From the NCBI GenBank assembly GCA_040285855.1, contig JAUFOQ010000016.1, forward strand, positions 186,001-250,000: a DNA stretch of 64,000 nucleotides, in the 5' to 3' direction. Under the pieces are notes generated by a model that made no database searches, was not told where the DNA came from, and saw only the letters and a list, made by a program, of their open reading frames with translations. The translations under genes and the position numbers were made by a program. This document shows, one piece after another, positions 13,248-25,447 of this stretch; position 1 is the stretch's first letter; each line of letters opens with the position of its first letter. The stretch is from Eukaryota sp. GEM-RC1. Its lineage: Eukaryota.

Positions 13248-14957
13248 TCAACACAGAATTCTTCCCTTTGAAATTGCCTTGACACATATTTTGGTTTCAC
13301 TATCAATGGAAACACGTGATCCGATTATATTCATTTTCGTAATTGTAGAGTTGATCTTTAATACTTCTGATAAAGCCATAGCATCTGAACCACTGACAGA
13401 GTTAAACATAAGATTCATCTCAGTTACAGTAGAATTGATTTTTAACATGTCAGCCAATGTGATTATACCTGAACCCCCAATAGAATTAGAACTTAGAATA
13501 ATACCACTAATTGTAGTATTAACTTTTAAAGATTCAGCCAAAGCCAACGCACCCTCATTACCGATAGAATTAGAACTGAGATCAACAGTTGTAATTGAAG
13601 AATTAATCTTGAATGCTTCAGCCAATGCTTTAGCACCTTCATCGCCAATTTCGTTACGCCATAGATTAATCTCTGTAACTGTAGTATTAATTTTGAACGC
13701 TTCAGCTAAAGCTAAAGCACCTCTAGTTCCAATAGAGTTTGAACTTAAATCAACCCTAGTAATTGTGTTATTAATTTTTAAAGCTTCAGCTACTGCAATG
13801 GCACCTAAAACACCAATAGAGTTGTAACTCAAAACAATGTCAGTAATGGTAGTATTCACTCTTAATGCGTTAGCTAGAGCTACAGCGCCTGTAATACCAA
13901 TGGAGTTGTAACTCAGATTAAGCTCAGTAACGGTAGAATTTCTTGTGATCGCCTCAGCTAAGGCAATTGCACCGCTGTCAGTAATAGAGTTTGAATTTAA
14001 ATCAATCTTACTAATTTTAAAATTCACTCTCAAAACTGCGGCTAATGCAATTGCACCTTCATCGGTAATAGAGTTGCCACCAAGATCAATCTTGGCAATT
14101 GTACAATTATGTTTTAACACTTCAGCTATTGCATTTGCACCTTCATCACCAATAGAATTCTCACCGAGGTCTAATTCTGAAATTGTAGAATTCAATTTTA
14201 AAAATCGTGCTAAATTCAGGGCACCCGTCACACCAATGGAAGTAAAACTCAGAACGATTTTGGAAATTGTAGAATTAGTAATCAATACTTTTGATAGATA
14301 ATCAATTCCTTCAACACCAAGAGTATTTCCACTTAGAACAAGCTCAATTACGGAAGAATTGATTTTCAAACCTTTGGCTAAAGCCATGACAGATTCATTG
14401 TTGAGATTATTATGATTACAGTCAAGTGACCTCAGATTAGGTAAATAATGAAGAGACAGGGATCTGAGAAAATCAAAATCATGGAGACAGTTTGATTTCA
14501 ACCTTAAACCGGTAATCACGTTAGAATAGTTGGGTAAGTATTCAATGTGGGATGACTTAACTTCAAGAAAGATAGATTTCAATTCAGCACCAAAGAAGGA
14601 AGCAAATGAGATAAGTTCGGGAAGATCTTCATCATCAACAGAAAAGGTCTTTGTTTCTAGAAAGACTTTAACTGAGAGGAGAGTAGAATCAAAGAAACGG
14701 TTACTGATACAACCAACTCTTGGGAATAAGTTGGGGAGCTGTTTCTTCACGCTATCTGCATCATAGCAATCCCAATCTTCATTACAAGTGAGTTCCATGG
14801 AAGTCAGCATGTGGGAAATGATGGGGGTCAGCAAAGACTGTTGTAAAACTATAGGAGTTAACGTCAGATCATCTATACAAGCACTTTCCGCAAAAGATTC
14901 AGCACATGAAGTTGACATTGAACACTGAGCAAATAATGACGTGACATTCCTGTACAA
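13248..14957 (-). CDS. RI/NLRC3-type leucine-rich repeat protein with a lineage-specific N-terminal domain; start uncertain (first ATG at 14918)
   Basis: About a dozen 28-aa repeats of the form LxxNsIgxxGAxALAxaLkxNxTi; N-terminal LQQSLL...FASFFGAE domain shared with paralogues in the window. Confidence 0.9.
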   Translation of the reverse strand: MYRNVTSLFAQCSMSTSCAESFAESACIDDLTLTPIVLQQSLLTPIISHMLTSMELTCNEDWDCYDADSVKKQLPNLFPRVGCISNRFFDSTLLSVKVFLETKTFSVDDEDLPELISFASFFGAELKSIFLEVKSSHIEYLPNYSNVITGLRLKSNCLHDFDFLRSLSLHYLPNLRSLDCNHNNLNNESVMALAKGLKINSSVIELVLSGNTLGVEGIDYLSKVLITNSTISKIVLSFTSIGVTGALNLARFLKLNSTISELDLGENSIGDEGANAIAEVLKHNCTIAKIDLGGNSITDEGAIALAAVLRVNFKISKIDLNSNSITDSGAIALAEAITRNSTVTELNLSYNSIGITGAVALANALRVNTTITDIVLSYNSIGVLGAIAVAEALKINNTITRVDLSSNSIGTRGALALAEAFKINTTVTEINLWRNEIGDEGAKALAEAFKINSSITTVDLSSNSIGNEGALALAESLKVNTTISGIILSSNSIGGSGIITLADMLKINSTVTEMNLMFNSVSGSDAMALSEVLKINSTITKMNIIGSRVSIDSETKICVKAISKGRILC

Positions 14958-15364
14958 ACAGAGATTTTACGTCTTTGTGATTGTTGGCTCGGATCGGTCA
15001 CAACAAACGGTTTCTAGTTGTTGTATTGTCATAATGTCTTTCATTTGAGCTCAGTTCGAGTAGTTACTGAAGTACAATGTAAACTCTTTCCTCTGAAGTG
15101 GTTTTCTCTTAACTCTTCGAGTCTTGAAACGCGACTAATGAGGAAAGAAAACAGTTATTTTTCGGATGAAGCTACTGAGTAGTAAAAAATTCGAAGATCT
15201 AGACAATGGTGTTGAGATTATTTTGAACATTTCTGATGATGATGGACAATAGAATATGTGGTTTTGATTGTGATAATTACATAGTATGATTCATATTGTT
15301 GCCATACTGAAATATTGGTTGAAGAATAGCAATACTTATTTTGTGGCTAAAATAAGTTTATATT

Positions 15365-16182
15365 TAGGGACGGGTTAAATAGGTGAAATTTTTTTCTAAC
15401 TAGGTGAAAAATGATTGACCAAATTTCATTTTACTAATCAGGTGAAAATAAAGCTAACTAGGTGAAAGTGAACACTATTTGCTAACCTATACATGAACTT
15501 TCGCTTTTAAACTCTGTACATCGCTAACAATGCTTAGCTGCATTGTAAACATATTCATAGACTCTTTCTTTGTAATCAATAAACCAGTAACAATGTTCTC
15601 GTCATCGTACCTCGGCAAAATGTCATCACTACACCTCTCGATTATATAGTGAACAGCACTCTTAGATCGACGTATGGTCTAACTTTCCATTTTACATTGG
15701 AAATTTGCCTTGAGGTCAATAAGAGCAGTTTGTGTAAGTTCTTTTCTGCAGAGAGTTTATGAAAAGTAGTAAGTATTTTCTTGTTGATATATAATTGTCC
15801 AATGGTCTGTTCTGGAGATAAGCAGCGACGCTTCAGCAAGTAAGAGGTGTCCTCCACTGGAGAGGGAATATGGGTTAAGTTCTTAGCCTTAGCAGTCCCT
15901 CATTCTCCTTGACGACGGGCGTATGCTGAAGCGACAGAGAAACCATGTTGTGCAGCATATTTATTACATCTTCTCTGTCACTTCCCCAAAGATGGGAATG
16001 TCTGTTTATCTTCTTCGTCAGGCTAAGGGATCTCATAAGATTCATCAGACATCGATACAGTAATTGTTGTAGGTTTTCGAGATGTTGAGTTAATGAGGGT
16101 AGAATTTTCACCTAGTTAACCATTTTTTTCACCTTTTTATCGTTTTCCTTATATTTATTGCAATATTGTTTTCACACCCCTG
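15365..16182. mobile_element. Degenerate DNA-transposon-like element with inverted subterminal repeats
   Basis: Four AGGTGAAA motifs at 15381-15467 (two as CTAACTAGGTGAAA) face TTTCACCTAGTTA/TTTCACCT at 16106-16134; no clean TIR or TSD found. Confidence 0.4.
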
Positions 16183-16420
16183 GTATCAAACCAATAAATC
16201 GTTATATACAATGTATAGATTGTGACCTTGTCATAATTGCCATTTGCAGCGTCAACAAAATTGTCTAAAAACAATTGACACTATTAGTAAAGATCTCGGC
16301 TTGACAAAGGATTTGGGAACTAATTTCCATACAACATTCAGCCATAGAAAGAGTCATGAACTAGAAACGTGACCAGACAGAATCTACTTCTGCTTAGTTT
16401 CGATTAAAGTTTGATTGGGC

Positions 16421-17875
16421 TTAACTCCGTTCTTTGGTTTCTTCTTTGGAAACAGGAGCTGAGGGCTGGGAAGGATTGACAGTATTTTGATCTGCTCTTA
16501 ACTCAACAGTGGCTTTCTTCTTGGCTTTCTTGGCTTTATTTTTAGCCTTTTGCTTGGACTTCTTTGAGGGAAATACCTCAGAAACGAAGGGTTTGACTAC
16601 TGTTTGAAGATAAGGACGAATCACAGGAAAATCATCAGGAAGATTAAACATAGACTGTGTGACCACCATGTGTTGTACTTTGGAAGAATCAATACTGAGC
16701 GTTAAAACAAAGAGATTGTGTAAAAACAGCAGTAATAAATTACGATAGTTGTTTAAATCTTTCAACAAGAGTAATATCTGCACTTTACGAACTCTAACAT
16801 TTGGAGATAAAGACTCTATTCCATCCAAAAGAGCGGACAGACATCTTTTAACGAAGCTAAGAACATTGGAATAACCAAAAAATTGAAAAAAGAAAGAATT
16901 TGCAGGATAAGAAACAAAACGATGAACAAACAAAGCGAATGGAATCAGACACTGTTCCATCCCAGCAGCTGTTTTAGCATCGCCGGTTACCAAAAAACAT
17001 GTTAAAGTAAGGGGATCATTAAGATTATGAAGATCACAACAGAAAGGAACAACATCAGCCATCCAAGAAGAATTACCCGCTTGAGTTCCCAGAAGCACTG
17101 TATGCTGGAAGGCAAAAGACTCAGTTAGACTGAGCTGCAGTGCAGCATGAGGGGAAGTGGTTGACAGGAAGTGGCACGGTTGTGTGAGTGATATTGGTGC
17201 CATTTTAATTCCCTTGGTAAGTTTCAAGTGATAATGAAAGGCTGTGCAAAAAACAGATAATGCCTCATTGTACAAGATCTCTTCTGTAGTTGTAGCATGT
17301 GAAGTTGGAGTTAGGCTGTATCCGTGAGCAGAGAAGACAGATGACGGGCTGCCAGGCTTACCAAGGGAGTGACATTTCCCATATTTGTTCTCAAGAATGA
17401 GGCCTATTTGTTTGAAGTAATGTTGGATTTCAACAGAAGAAGGGATAGTTATGTGGAAGAACTTATTGAGTCTGGGAAGATGATTGTTAGAGAAAGTCAC
17501 TCTAGTTAAATCAGGAGACAGTAGTAGATCTTCTACGTCTGGAGGAAGAGAAGAAGTATCGATGTAAAGAAAGAGTACTATCTCATGAGTGCTGATTACA
17601 AGTCCGTGAAGGTCTTGGCAATACCCGATGGCAATGAAAGGGAATGCCGCGGAAATGCTTCGTCTTAAGATAGCTGTATGTTGAGAAATCGTTTCCTGGG
17701 ATGCAGTTAGCGACAATACATGCACTGGAACTGAAGGAAGTTCATGAACAAACGCAAAATGCTTCACTTCTACGGTGCTGAACGGAACTGAAACTTGGTC
17801 TGCTTGAACAAAAACTTCGTCTTCTGAATCTGATGAATTGTATATCTACAATTAGTGAAAGGGAGAACAAACCAT
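16421..17875 (-). CDS. Protein with a degenerate DnaQ/WRN-type 3'-5' exonuclease-like N-terminal domain; 27-nt intron (17846-17872) directly after the ATG
   Basis: ATG|GTTTGT...ACTAATTGTAG|ATA splices in frame to the 16421-17767 ORF and removes an in-frame TAA. LPPDVEDLLLSPDLTRVTF resembles the WRN/EXD2 exonuclease LPxxLxxLLxxPxIxKV segment; Lys-rich tail. Confidence 0.6.
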
Positions 17876-18333
17876 TTTTCGCGAAAAAAGACCAAATATT
17901 GACCAAATATTGACTGCAAATTGTGAATTCGACTCAATAAATCGACTTAGGCGACTACAACGTTTGTACAGCTGAGTTGAGTCGTGCACACGTCTAGTTA
18001 CATGGAATCCCAACAAAAAATGTACAACTCTACAAGAACTCGATGTACTTCAGGGCGAGAGTAGTTCTGCTTCTTCGAAACAGAAGAACTTCTGATTTGA
18101 TGATTACTTTGAGCCCTTTCAACTCTACAGTGTTGTGTTGAAAGGGATAAAAGGGCTATCAGAAGTCAATTTCAAACATAGATGGCACGAAAAATTGCCA
18201 GAAACTACCTTTGGGAATATGAATGAAAAGATCCTTTTTTCAAAATTAGACATTCCCATCACAATATTACACTCTTTCATTGTTGCTTCTTTGTGTATTT
18301 TTTTTATTCTAGAATTGAAATAACTTGTTGTAC

Positions 18334-19594
18334 TCACAATATGAACATTCTTTGTCCTGGTTTGTATAAAGCAACATAAGGATGGTAGTAATCATTCTCA
18401 GTGGCTGGTAACTCCTGTGTGAAATCTACATCCTCACTCTTAATAGACAAATTGTTCTCAACAAGATCAACAATTACAAAGACTTCTTTACCAGCAATAT
18501 TTAGCTCCTTTCCGTGTTTTTTTTTGCTGAGAAAAACCATATTTGTCTTCGGAAAAATTCGCCACACCAATATATGAGCGATGTCGCGAGTCTGACGAGT
18601 CACGAAGGTTATTTTCCAAGAACAATGTCCAATTATACACTTTCCCCGGCTTTAATGGATATTCAACTAGTATTCCAGATCCGGTACTCATATATGAAGA
18701 CGTGACTGATACAGCTCTACCACTGGGTGAAACCGTCAGGTTTTTATAATTTCCTTTGTTTGAGAAACGGAAGATCCTGTGGAGTTCTAGAGTTTCACTT
18801 TCCTCCAACATTCTTTGGAAGATCTTTCCCTTGCTAAAACGTTCGAGAATACTCGAGAGCTCTGGAAGTTCACTTAAAGGATTAATTAGCTGACTGTACC
18901 ACTGATGAACATACAAAGCTTTGATAGAAACACCATTAAGTAACGATTCAAATTCTGTTGTGGATAAAACATCTTGCTTTAAAGAACATTTAACAGTGTT
19001 CAAAAACCATGTCATTGTTGGTTTCGATGTACAAACCTTTTCAAAAACTGAAAGATTCTGAAGATTAAAAGGAGATATAGGTTCATCTTCAAAGGATTTC
19101 ACTAAATGTAGATGATCTGCAGCAAAGGTAAGCGCTTCGACGTTGTTGTGTTTCACAGCATCCGAAAGAAATTGAGAGAAACCATGGTCATAATTGAACA
19201 GTTGTTGCACAACCCTTTTCACCTCAGCAAGGAGCCAATCGTATAACAGAAGGTTTGACAGATAGAAAAGATCGTACAGGTTAGTTTTGTCAATCATAAG
19301 ACTATGTCCGTAGAAACTCTGTAGAACGTCAACAATAACATCTTCAGGAGTATGTAGATGGGAAACATCCAAATCAGCATTGGAGCACTCAGTAAAGCCC
19401 TTGTATCACATGGCATGGAAGTAGTTTGATTGAGTAGCCAAGAATATACGATGAACGAAGTACTGAGTGTCGTTAATGATGATAGTTTGATCAGAACAAG
19501 TACTGTCATTGAATTGTGACTTTAAATCAAAGCTGGGAGGTCGTAGTGTGATAGTAGATGAAGAAAGACCGTAGGGGAAGGACAGTTCCGACTT
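18334..19594 (-). pseudogene. BTB/POZ-(BACK-like)-SPRY-like protein, probably disrupted
   Basis: FNDSTCSDQTIIINDTQYFVHRIFLATQSNYF is a BTB motif. In-frame TGA at 19406-19408 where Trp is plausible; the likely start reads AAG; frameshift in the A-run near 18516-18525; SPRY-like C-terminus (YIGVANF...YYHPYVAL). Confidence 0.7.
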
Positions 19595-20428
19595 TGTGTA
19601 CAAGGAAAAATGAAAAATGAAACCATCAGTCAACATCATGCCGATTTTGTGTCTCTTCACTCCCAATTACACATCTCTATGAGATACCAGACCAAATCTT
19701 TTAGTCTAGTCATGGCTATTCATCACCACCATCTTTTGCATTTCTTGCTGATTTTTCGTCTGATCGAAGTTCTGGTTGTCAAAGAAAACCTTTTCTAGGA
19801 TAGAGTTTTCCTTGAAGCGAAACATCACACAGATTATCCAGTTTATGAATGATCTGATCCGGGTAGATTCCAATGATTCAACCAATGTTCTATGTATTGT
19901 CAGTGTGGTGGTAACAAAATATTTTTTAAGTGATAAAACACTTCATTTAAAGCAAGCTTGTACATTGTACGTTGGTAAGTTGGTGTCTTCAAATTATATT
20001 TTTCTTAAGCAAGTACTAGTAATGTTTGGCTCTTAGGTGTATTTCCAAGAGATCGCTTTCGTTCAGAGGTTCGAATACACCAATCATATCAAGAAAATAC
20101 TCCCCAAAAACTGAACCTATGCAAGACTGAATGAACTGAAGTAATTACTACTGAAACATACTACAAACCAATGTAATATGTATCTGGCTAATCAGCAATT
20201 CGTTAACAACATCAACTGCACATTTGACACAGTAGAGCAGATTCTTTTGGGACTGAAACATCCAGCGAGCAAATACTTGTGAACTTGTCGAACAGAAGAA
20301 AAATCATGAGAATTGAAGAATAAATTTGTACGACGAAGAATCATTGATAATACTTTGTATGGACTTAAACTCTTTCAAAGGAACATTCGTACAGTGGATC
20401 GTTTAAATGTTACACAAGTTGTTAACAC

Positions 20429-20992
20429 TAGAGCTGGGCATTCGACTAGACTAGTCTACTGACTACGGACTAGACTAAGCTTTTAGTCTAAATCGTAGTC
20501 TACTCACTTAGTCTTAGTCTAGTCCGTAGTCTGTTCATTAAGTCTGTAGTCTAGTCTGTAGTCTGTTCATACTAAATTAGTGTAATCATTAGTCTACTAT
20601 TTTTAACATAATGTCTGAACCTCCTGAAAAACTGCCCAGACTTTCACTACAACTATTGTCTCCAAAACAGAGTTGGAACCATCATTAATTCTATAAGCCA
20701 GCAGCAAGTGGCAACCGGAAGCACTGCTTGCTTTTGTGCTCCGGATGGTAAAACCATCCAGCGCTTGTTTGTTTAAAATCTTGGACTGATAGCACCTTCG
20801 ATGTATTTGACTTCTAGTGTTTCAGTAGAATTTTTTGTTATAAATTCATGTTTGGACAAAACTATTTAGTCTACTATTTAGTGTATTTCTCTCGTCTTAG
20901 TCTAGTCCGTAGTCTAATGGTGTAGTGTTAGTCTAGCCCGTAGTCTATTGGTGTAGTCTTAGTCTAGTCTAGTCAGTCTGTGCCCAGCTCTA
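20429..20992 (+). mobile_element. hAT-type non-autonomous element (family A), complete, 564 bp
   Basis: 12-bp TIR TAGAGCTGGGCA; 8-bp TSD GTTAACAC (20421-20428 and 20993-21000); many TAGTC/GACTA subterminal repeats. Confidence 0.95.
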
Positions 20993-21365
20993 GTTAACAC
21001 TGCACTTCAGAATGACTATTCTAAACATAATAACTATGTAGATAGATTAGCAAAAGATGCTCATGATTATTTTCGTCACCTTTTCTAAGAGAATGTTTTT
21101 TATTGAAGATATTTTTTTAGCAATGTAACAAACAAGTTCATCCAAAAATGTACAAACACTACTAATAAAAAAAATACTTTCATATCAAATTATGCGATAA
21201 GAATAGACTATTGCATTAAAGTCTTTCCAGGTGCATACTCATAGTTGAATGTAGCAACAACTATTGATTGTCACTAAAAAGAACCTACTTCAATCCAAAT
21301 ATGTACAGAATATTTCAAATATTCCACATAATAGAGATGACCCAACCAAAGTCTTTCAAAAACTC

Positions 21366-23487
21366 TCAATCATCTTTATGAATTCGTTTTGATCTATTAA
21401 CAAATAGTTTATGCCGCCTTTTCCCTGAGCTCATTGAACCAGAACCTGATTTTCTTCCTTTCCCACTAGAATCTTTGGTCTGACCCTGGGTGTCTTCCCC
21501 GGGATTCTTCTCTGTGTCACCAGCATGGTCGCTGGCACGCAGAACTTCAGCTAAAAGTGCCAGCTCATCAGATAGAGTAGCCATTGCAGTAACAACTGAC
21601 TCATCATACCCTTCAAAATGAGGGAAAACCCTGGTTTCATAAGCAAAAGCCTGGTTCATTAAAAACTGTTGTCTTTTAGAAGAGAAATACAATTCTCGAG
21701 TATCTCTACTAACCAACGAGTAAAAGAAAGCATTAAACTCCCCAATTGTCTGTTTCTTTGGCCTAAGGATCCTCCCCAATCTCTGAGCTTCTTGTCTTCT
21801 TGAACCAAACTGAGCTGATACTTGGATGATGACGTTACACTCAGGTAGATCAATGGAATTATCTCCAACCTTTGAAATAAATAAAGTATTAACTTTTCCT
21901 CGTTGTTTGAACAAGTTAATCCAATGGATTCTCTCCTGTCCTGGAGTTTTACCATCAATATACGGTCGTTGAAACAGCTTTGCATACCAGTGAAGAGTAA
22001 ACAGATTATCACTGAAAACAAGTATCTTATCACCTCTACTTTCGTGATATCTCATTAAAAACTCACAGCATCTAATCTTGTTAGGATTCATAGTAAACAG
22101 AAGGTTACGTTTCCTAGCAGAGGCAGTTAAATACTCCTTGTAAAACTCACGACTCATTGGACAAAGAACTTCGCAACACTTGGGATTTGCTAAGTAACCT
22201 TGACTTCTAAGGAAAAGCCAATCAGCTTCATAAATCTTGGGTCCAATAAGGTAGTTAAGATCTAGAATCTTCATATCTTCTCTAACTAAAGTAGCCGATA
22301 GACCAAGCATGCAATGAGCTTTAATTTGACCAATGATTCGACGGAAACTTTCAGCTGGAGCAACATGGACTTCATCAAAAATGAGTAATCCCCACTCTTG
22401 AGAGCAAATATTCTCAAGAATTCTTGTAGCTTCTGCTCCTTTCCCTGCGTGTGCCATCATTGAGTAAGTAGAAAGCATTATAGGTCTTACTTCATCCTTG
22501 GTTTCTCCAGTAAGAACTCCAATCATCGACTCGTCGATTGTTGACCAGGTCAAATACTGTTCTCTCCACTGATCTAGAGCTACGTTGTTAGTGGCTAGTA
22601 CAAAAGTAGGACGATCAAGGATACAAGTGGCGTTAATCCCAACTAGAGTTTTACCTGCACCACATGGAAGAACAATTAAACCACTTCTAGCCCTACCTGA
22701 AGAAAACATCTTTGACAAGGCCTTCTCCTGGTAATGACGAATGGTTGTAGTGGCTTTCAATCTCATTCCTATTGGTTTCAATGAAGAGTCGTTACGAAAG
22801 TCGTATTCTTCAACCAAAGGAGTATCTAATTCATGAGAACGTTCTCTAAGAATAGAAACTTGAAGAACTTCATATCTAATGACTTGTTTGTTACTAAACC
22901 TTGTCTCTTCCTCTTCTCTTCTCTCTTCAGTATCATCCAAAAGGTTTCTTAATTGTTGTTGATCAGAAGAGAAGACCGACTGGGAAATAGTGGCTGTACC
23001 AGGGATAAAGACGTGTTGGGTAGCAGTGGTGGTAGTAATTTGAGTAGTGTTAATACAAGCTCTTACAGTAACATCAGATATAAACTCATTAATGACATCA
23101 GGATGATGAGACTCAATGAAGTACTGGCCACGATCAAGGATTAGTCGCACTTTACCACACTTAGCTGTGGCATCACGAATCCGTTTGATGACTTCCAATG
23201 GGCACAAGGGTCTTACAAAGGCGATCAAGAGCAGAGAGAATGTCTTCAACATCCAATCCAACTGAGACGGCAGCGTAGAGAGAGTAGTCAGTGATGATGT
23301 ATTCGTGGACAAATTCAGGACGAGAGTGAGGTTCAGAGATGGCAATGAGGAAGTCCATTGCACTGGCAGAACTAGGAAGAGATGTATCAAGAAAGATGTG
23401 ACCAGTAGGGGTGATCCAAAGAGGACAGTTGTCAGTATTGGTCTTGAGCTGAAGGTGGGAGAAGTCTTTAAGTGAGAGGTCACACAT
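21366..23487 (-). CDS. XPB: TFIIH helicase XPB (ERCC3/Ssl2)
   Basis: PLWITPTG, EPHSRPEFVHEY, LPCGAGKTL, DEVH, RRQEAQRLGRILR; the two ORFs join by removing one base from the run at about 23200-23202. Confidence 0.95.
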
Positions 23488-24329
23488 GTTGTGAAGACCT
23501 TAAAGAAAGTTTCTTTAAGAAACCTAACCTCACTTATAGTCTTTCATCTCTTACATTCTTCCTTGTCTTTTATTGTCAGATGTCTCTTCTACCAGGGAGT
23601 AGAGCTGTACTTGAAATCATGACCTTGATGCAACTTGAACTTGTTGATGATGCTGGTATATATGGTTGTATCGGTGAGGTTCTGCTCAAAGGTTCTGCTG
23701 TTTTCGTGGGTGACTAACTCAACACTGGTGACATTGGAGAAATGGACAACGACTGTCTGCTTCTTCTCTTGAATCGTGTTTGGATTCAAAACTCGCCAAT
23801 GGTCGTACAACCACCATCATCAGAAGGCCATACAACAACAGGACAAGAAAGAGATGAAGATCCAGTGATTCAAACGTTTGCTATTAGTGTACAGGGAAGA
23901 GAACAAAACTAATACCTTTAGGAGATACGTTTTTTGTATGAGGATTTCACCGGAAAGGCTCTTTCTTTCCAGGAAGTTGGAAGATCTGAAAATGTGAGAG
24001 GATTTGACATTCATCGTCGAATTTGAAATTTTTACCATGTATGTTTCCAAGTAGCTGAACGGTTTTAGAATTGTTTTGTATTTTTTTGGGTGGGAGGAGT
24101 AATTTCTTTCACTTTATTTTAAATATTTTAACAGGTGACACAATATTTATTGTTTTGCAGATTATGTATTTTCTTTGTGGCATTGGCAAAGTTCAGAATC
24201 ACGTAAAATTCATAATTTACATTATTATTAGATCGAAATTGTGAGATATCTCATAACAAACATCATGTATGAGAATTGAAAGTTTCTTTGATTGTCCATC
24301 TACCTTCTCTTCTATATTTTCTTGGATGT

Positions 24330-25365
24330 GTTGAATGACCTTGAGTTGATCATTCAGTTGCAGGATTGACTCTTTGATCCCGCTGAGATCAGACATAATG
24401 GTAGAGTTCGAAGTGGAAGAAACGTCTCAGCAGAGACTTCTATCCTAGGTTTTTTGCATACTCTCAAAAAGGGAGATAATCATAATTCAATTAACTTAAG
24501 AAACAGATCCTCTGAAAGAACAAATTGAGAAGTAATTTTGTCCATAAAGTATATGACTGGACACATGGTGGACAGTCGCTCACGTGATCACGTGATCAGG
24601 AACCAATACATCAGCAACATCGCGTAGCATAAACATAGAAGACGTCTTCTTATTCCAAACACATAAAAGTTGTTTTAAAAATAATGGTGATTCAAATGAG
24701 TTGACAAGTTCAGTGGGAATTGGTTGAGAGTGTTTACCTAAAGAACTTGCCATAAATGCAATTATTTGTAAAAACGTTTTTTCAGTGTTATATACGGGGT
24801 CACCAAACTGTTCAAGAATATCACTAACTGCAGTAGAAATTTTTGCAAACTGTCCTAAAAAACCATAAAAGTTTGAAATTCCTTGAGCTGATCTGTACTG
24901 GCATATGACATACTAACTATCATTTGGAGTTTCGACGTTATCACGTTCATGACCATAAACGTCAACTTCATTCATAGTTGATGAATCAGATGAAAATGGT
25001 TGGCAACGGAGATACTTACATGGTCTACATGTAGGTAACTCGTTCTGACTGTTGGTCAATCGTGGAGCCCCAACCATAGGTTTCTTTGAGGAATTCGTGT
25101 TGTCAGATTCTGAGAAAGTTTCGGCGATGGTAGTGTACTTCGAAGGAGTCGGAACATCTTGAGATTCGAGGTGTTGATTTAGAGCTGCATTTACAGAATT
25201 AGTACCAAGAGACACTTTGTCTCGAGTATGGGTAACTGTTTCCAAGTTTTTAAGTAGTTCAATTTGAGTGTGCCAGTCTGATAGAGTTTGGTTCTGCTCA
25301 AGAGCAGAAAGAGATGAAATATCATCTTGGTTGGCAAAACTTCGTTCAGTCATGAGAAGACACAA
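24330..25365 (-). pseudogene. Degraded gene of unknown family
   Basis: 150-aa ORF whose protein-like reading continues past stops and frameshifts toward about 24330; no recognised domain. Confidence 0.3.
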
Positions 25366-25447
25366 CTATAACTTCTCTGTAATTAGATCAAGAGAGAGAT
25401 CCAAATTTGCAGTGTTGCGCCATAACCGGAAATAAATAAGAACGATT

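Noticed and set aside
13180..14766. Long antisense ORFs over LRR genes, and similar shadows over dynein and the CDF gene
   Set aside because: Expected by-products of repetitive codon usage on the coding strand; no independent motifs.
17890..17914. Tandem GACCAAATATT duplication upstream of the 17875 ATG
   Set aside because: A single short duplication not seen at other promoters; no evidence of function.
19406..19408. TGA read as Trp (in-frame TGA at Trp-like positions here, near 26030 and near 28316)
   Set aside because: All three sites are in decayed sequences; the kinase, XPB and transportin end in TGA and conserved genes use TGG for Trp.
20200..20420. Second BTB pseudogene (IINDSSS...VHKYLLA on the minus strand)
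   Set aside because: Only a short motif across frameshifts; too degraded to support as a feature.
23589..24050. Short minus-strand ORFs upstream of XPB as extra XPB exons
   Set aside because: XPB homology begins at the 23487 ATG; no splice signals or recognisable similarity upstream.
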